Source of the DNA: Deltaproteobacteria bacterium
Lineage (GTDB): Bacteria; Desulfobacterota; Binatia; UBA12015
DNA: 37,804 nucleotides
Assembly (NCBI GenBank): GCA_046583355.1
Contig: JAYGCM010000071.1
Span: 1-37,804 of the forward strand
Direction: 5' to 3'
This document shows positions 36,766-37,804 of this stretch, piece by piece. A program made the translations under genes and the position numbers. The notes beneath the pieces are model-generated. The model was not told the DNA's origin, did no database searches, and saw only the letters and a list, made by a program, of their open reading frames with translations. The first letter of the stretch is position 1; each line of letters begins with the position of its first letter.

Positions 36766-37376
36766 TCCTTGAAGCGACTCGGCAGCCGGGGCGGGGCGCC
36801 GGTCTTCCAACACGCGCTGTTGAGTTGTGCCTCGGTCAGACCCTGGAATTCGACCTGCCCCCGCGACCGCGGCCAGGTCAAGCGGGTATCGCTCAGGTCG
36901 GTACCGTCCAGGAGCGCGCCCTTGAGGAAGGCATGGCGCAAATCGGCGCCCGTGAGGTCGGCGCCGCGCAGGTCCGCGCCTTCGAGGTTGGCGCCGTTGA
37001 GGTTCGTGCCACGCAGATCGGCTTTTTTGTCCGGGCTGCTGAGGCGGGCCCCTTCGAGGTCAACATCGGGCAAACGTCCGCCGGCCAGGACAACGCCGCG
37101 CAGATCGGCGCCCGGCATCTCGATGCCGTAGAGATCGGCCTTGCAGCGCACCAGAATCTCAAGATGCTCGACCCCCAGGCGCTTCTGCTTCTCGGCATCG
37201 TCGATCAGAAAACGTGCCGCGACGAATACCATGCTGTCGCATTCGTTCTCGGTCTGGTTCTCGGCGTCGGCGGCGGTCGCGGCCACAATCTCGACGGCCG
37301 CTGCGCGCATCGGCAGGAAAAGGCCCAGCGCGAGGACGATAGGCAGCAGGTAGTTTCTTGGCAGGCGGGATCTCAT
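36723..37376 (-). CDS. Secreted pentapeptide-repeat protein, 217 aa
   Basis: Signal-like N-terminus and A(D/N)LxG repeats: ADLRG TNLNG ANLEG ADLRG ADLTG ADLRH AFLKG ALLDG TDLSD. Confidence 0.85.
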   Translation of the reverse strand: MRSRLPRNYLLPIVLALGLFLPMRAAAVEIVAATAADAENQTENECDSMVFVAARFLIDDAEKQKRLGVEHLEILVRCKADLYGIEMPGADLRGVVLAGGRLPDVDLEGARLSSPDKKADLRGTNLNGANLEGADLRGADLTGADLRHAFLKGALLDGTDLSDTRLTWPRSRGQVEFQGLTEAQLNSACWKTGAPPRLPSRFKDYKRPGDAPSDCPE

Positions 37377-37438
37377 TCCCTGATCATCCCGATTGAGCCG
37401 GCGGCTGCAAGTCCTGATGCAAAGGGCTAAGAGAAAGC

Positions 37439-37693
37439 GTGCTTCCGGAAAGTGAACTCTTCTCGTCGGCTGCGAGCCTGCCGACCGCCGAATGCCGCGG
37501 CTGCGGCCGCCGCGTGTTGGTCCATGAAGACGAACAAGGCGCGTTATGCTGCGTGCATTGCGACGAGCCTGTCGGCACGGTCGCCTTGGTCGGCGAAGAA
37601 GACCTCGATGGCCTCGGCTACGGCGTGCTCGAAGAACCCAAGACCGGTTGCGCCACCGGCTGCGGCTCCGGCGGCTGCGGCATCCGCCGCTAG
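37439..37693 (+). CDS. Small Cys-rich protein (zinc-ribbon-like with a Gly/Cys tail), 84 aa
   Basis: CRGC...CCVHC...GCATGCGSGGCG. Third codon positions are strongly G/C. The stop is followed by the same repeat element that follows genuine genes in this window. Confidence 0.72.
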   Translation: MLPESELFSSAASLPTAECRGCGRRVLVHEDEQGALCCVHCDEPVGTVALVGEEDLDGLGYGVLEEPKTGCATGCGSGGCGIRR

Positions 37694-37716
37694 AGGCCCG
37701 GCCGAAAAGTAGGCCT
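37694..37716 (+). repeat. Dispersed REP-like element, copy 4
   Basis: AGGCCCGGCCGAAAAGTAGGCCT directly after the TAG. Confidence 0.7.
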
Positions 37717-37804
37717 GCATCCGGGCGCCGCTTGCGGCCGCTGGACTGCGTCACGCTCTCTCCCAATGGCTACGGCCATTGCTCGGTCGCCTTCCTTGCC
37801 AGCG

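Noticed and set aside
36890..37130. 15-nt periodic DNA repeats
   Set aside because: They are fully explained by the pentapeptide-repeat protein coding.
37766..37804. Possible plus-strand gene start (ATGGCTACGGCC...)
   Set aside because: Only 13 codons are visible, with no RBS or motif, so it cannot be supported.

Overview
This is a gene-dense, GC-rich bacterial chromosomal segment of roughly 32 protein-coding genes. The gene content suggests a deltaproteobacterial or Candidatus Binatia-like lineage, which is inference only. I see no rRNA, tRNA, CRISPR array, transposase or phage gene. Left to right: the start of a minus-strand Bat-type operon (MoxR ATPase, DUF58, DUF4381-like, BatA/VWA running off the edge); TetR and bacterioferritin; acyl-CoA dehydrogenase; DsbA-like oxidoreductase and FIST protein; a lipoprotein 'sulfatase' with a tandem hot-dog protein; a secreted S8 protease; rmlBACD preceded by DUF4301; a second TetR; two divergent lipoproteins; sufT-gltA; a structured 350-nt intergenic region; a 1018-aa flippase/5-TM/sulfatase-like fusion; a GH15 hydrolase; a VOC protein; an SGNH protein coupled to a GT-C-like membrane protein; a heterodimeric ABC exporter with a Zn aminopeptidase; a pentapeptide-repeat protein; and a small Cys-rich protein. 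The best candidates for something undescribed are: (1) the flippase fused to a Thr-nucleophile, LtaS/EptA-like module, which suggests a single-chain envelope-modification machine; (2) an unrecognised ~100-aa, 4-Cys domain duplicated at the S8 protease C-terminus; (3) a tandem hot-dog protein with the FabZ catalytic His and Glu split between its halves; (4) a 23-nt REP-like element placed in fixed orientation after several stop codons; (5) a possible switch-like RNA upstream of sufT-gltA. All family assignments come from motif recognition by eye; no database searches were run.
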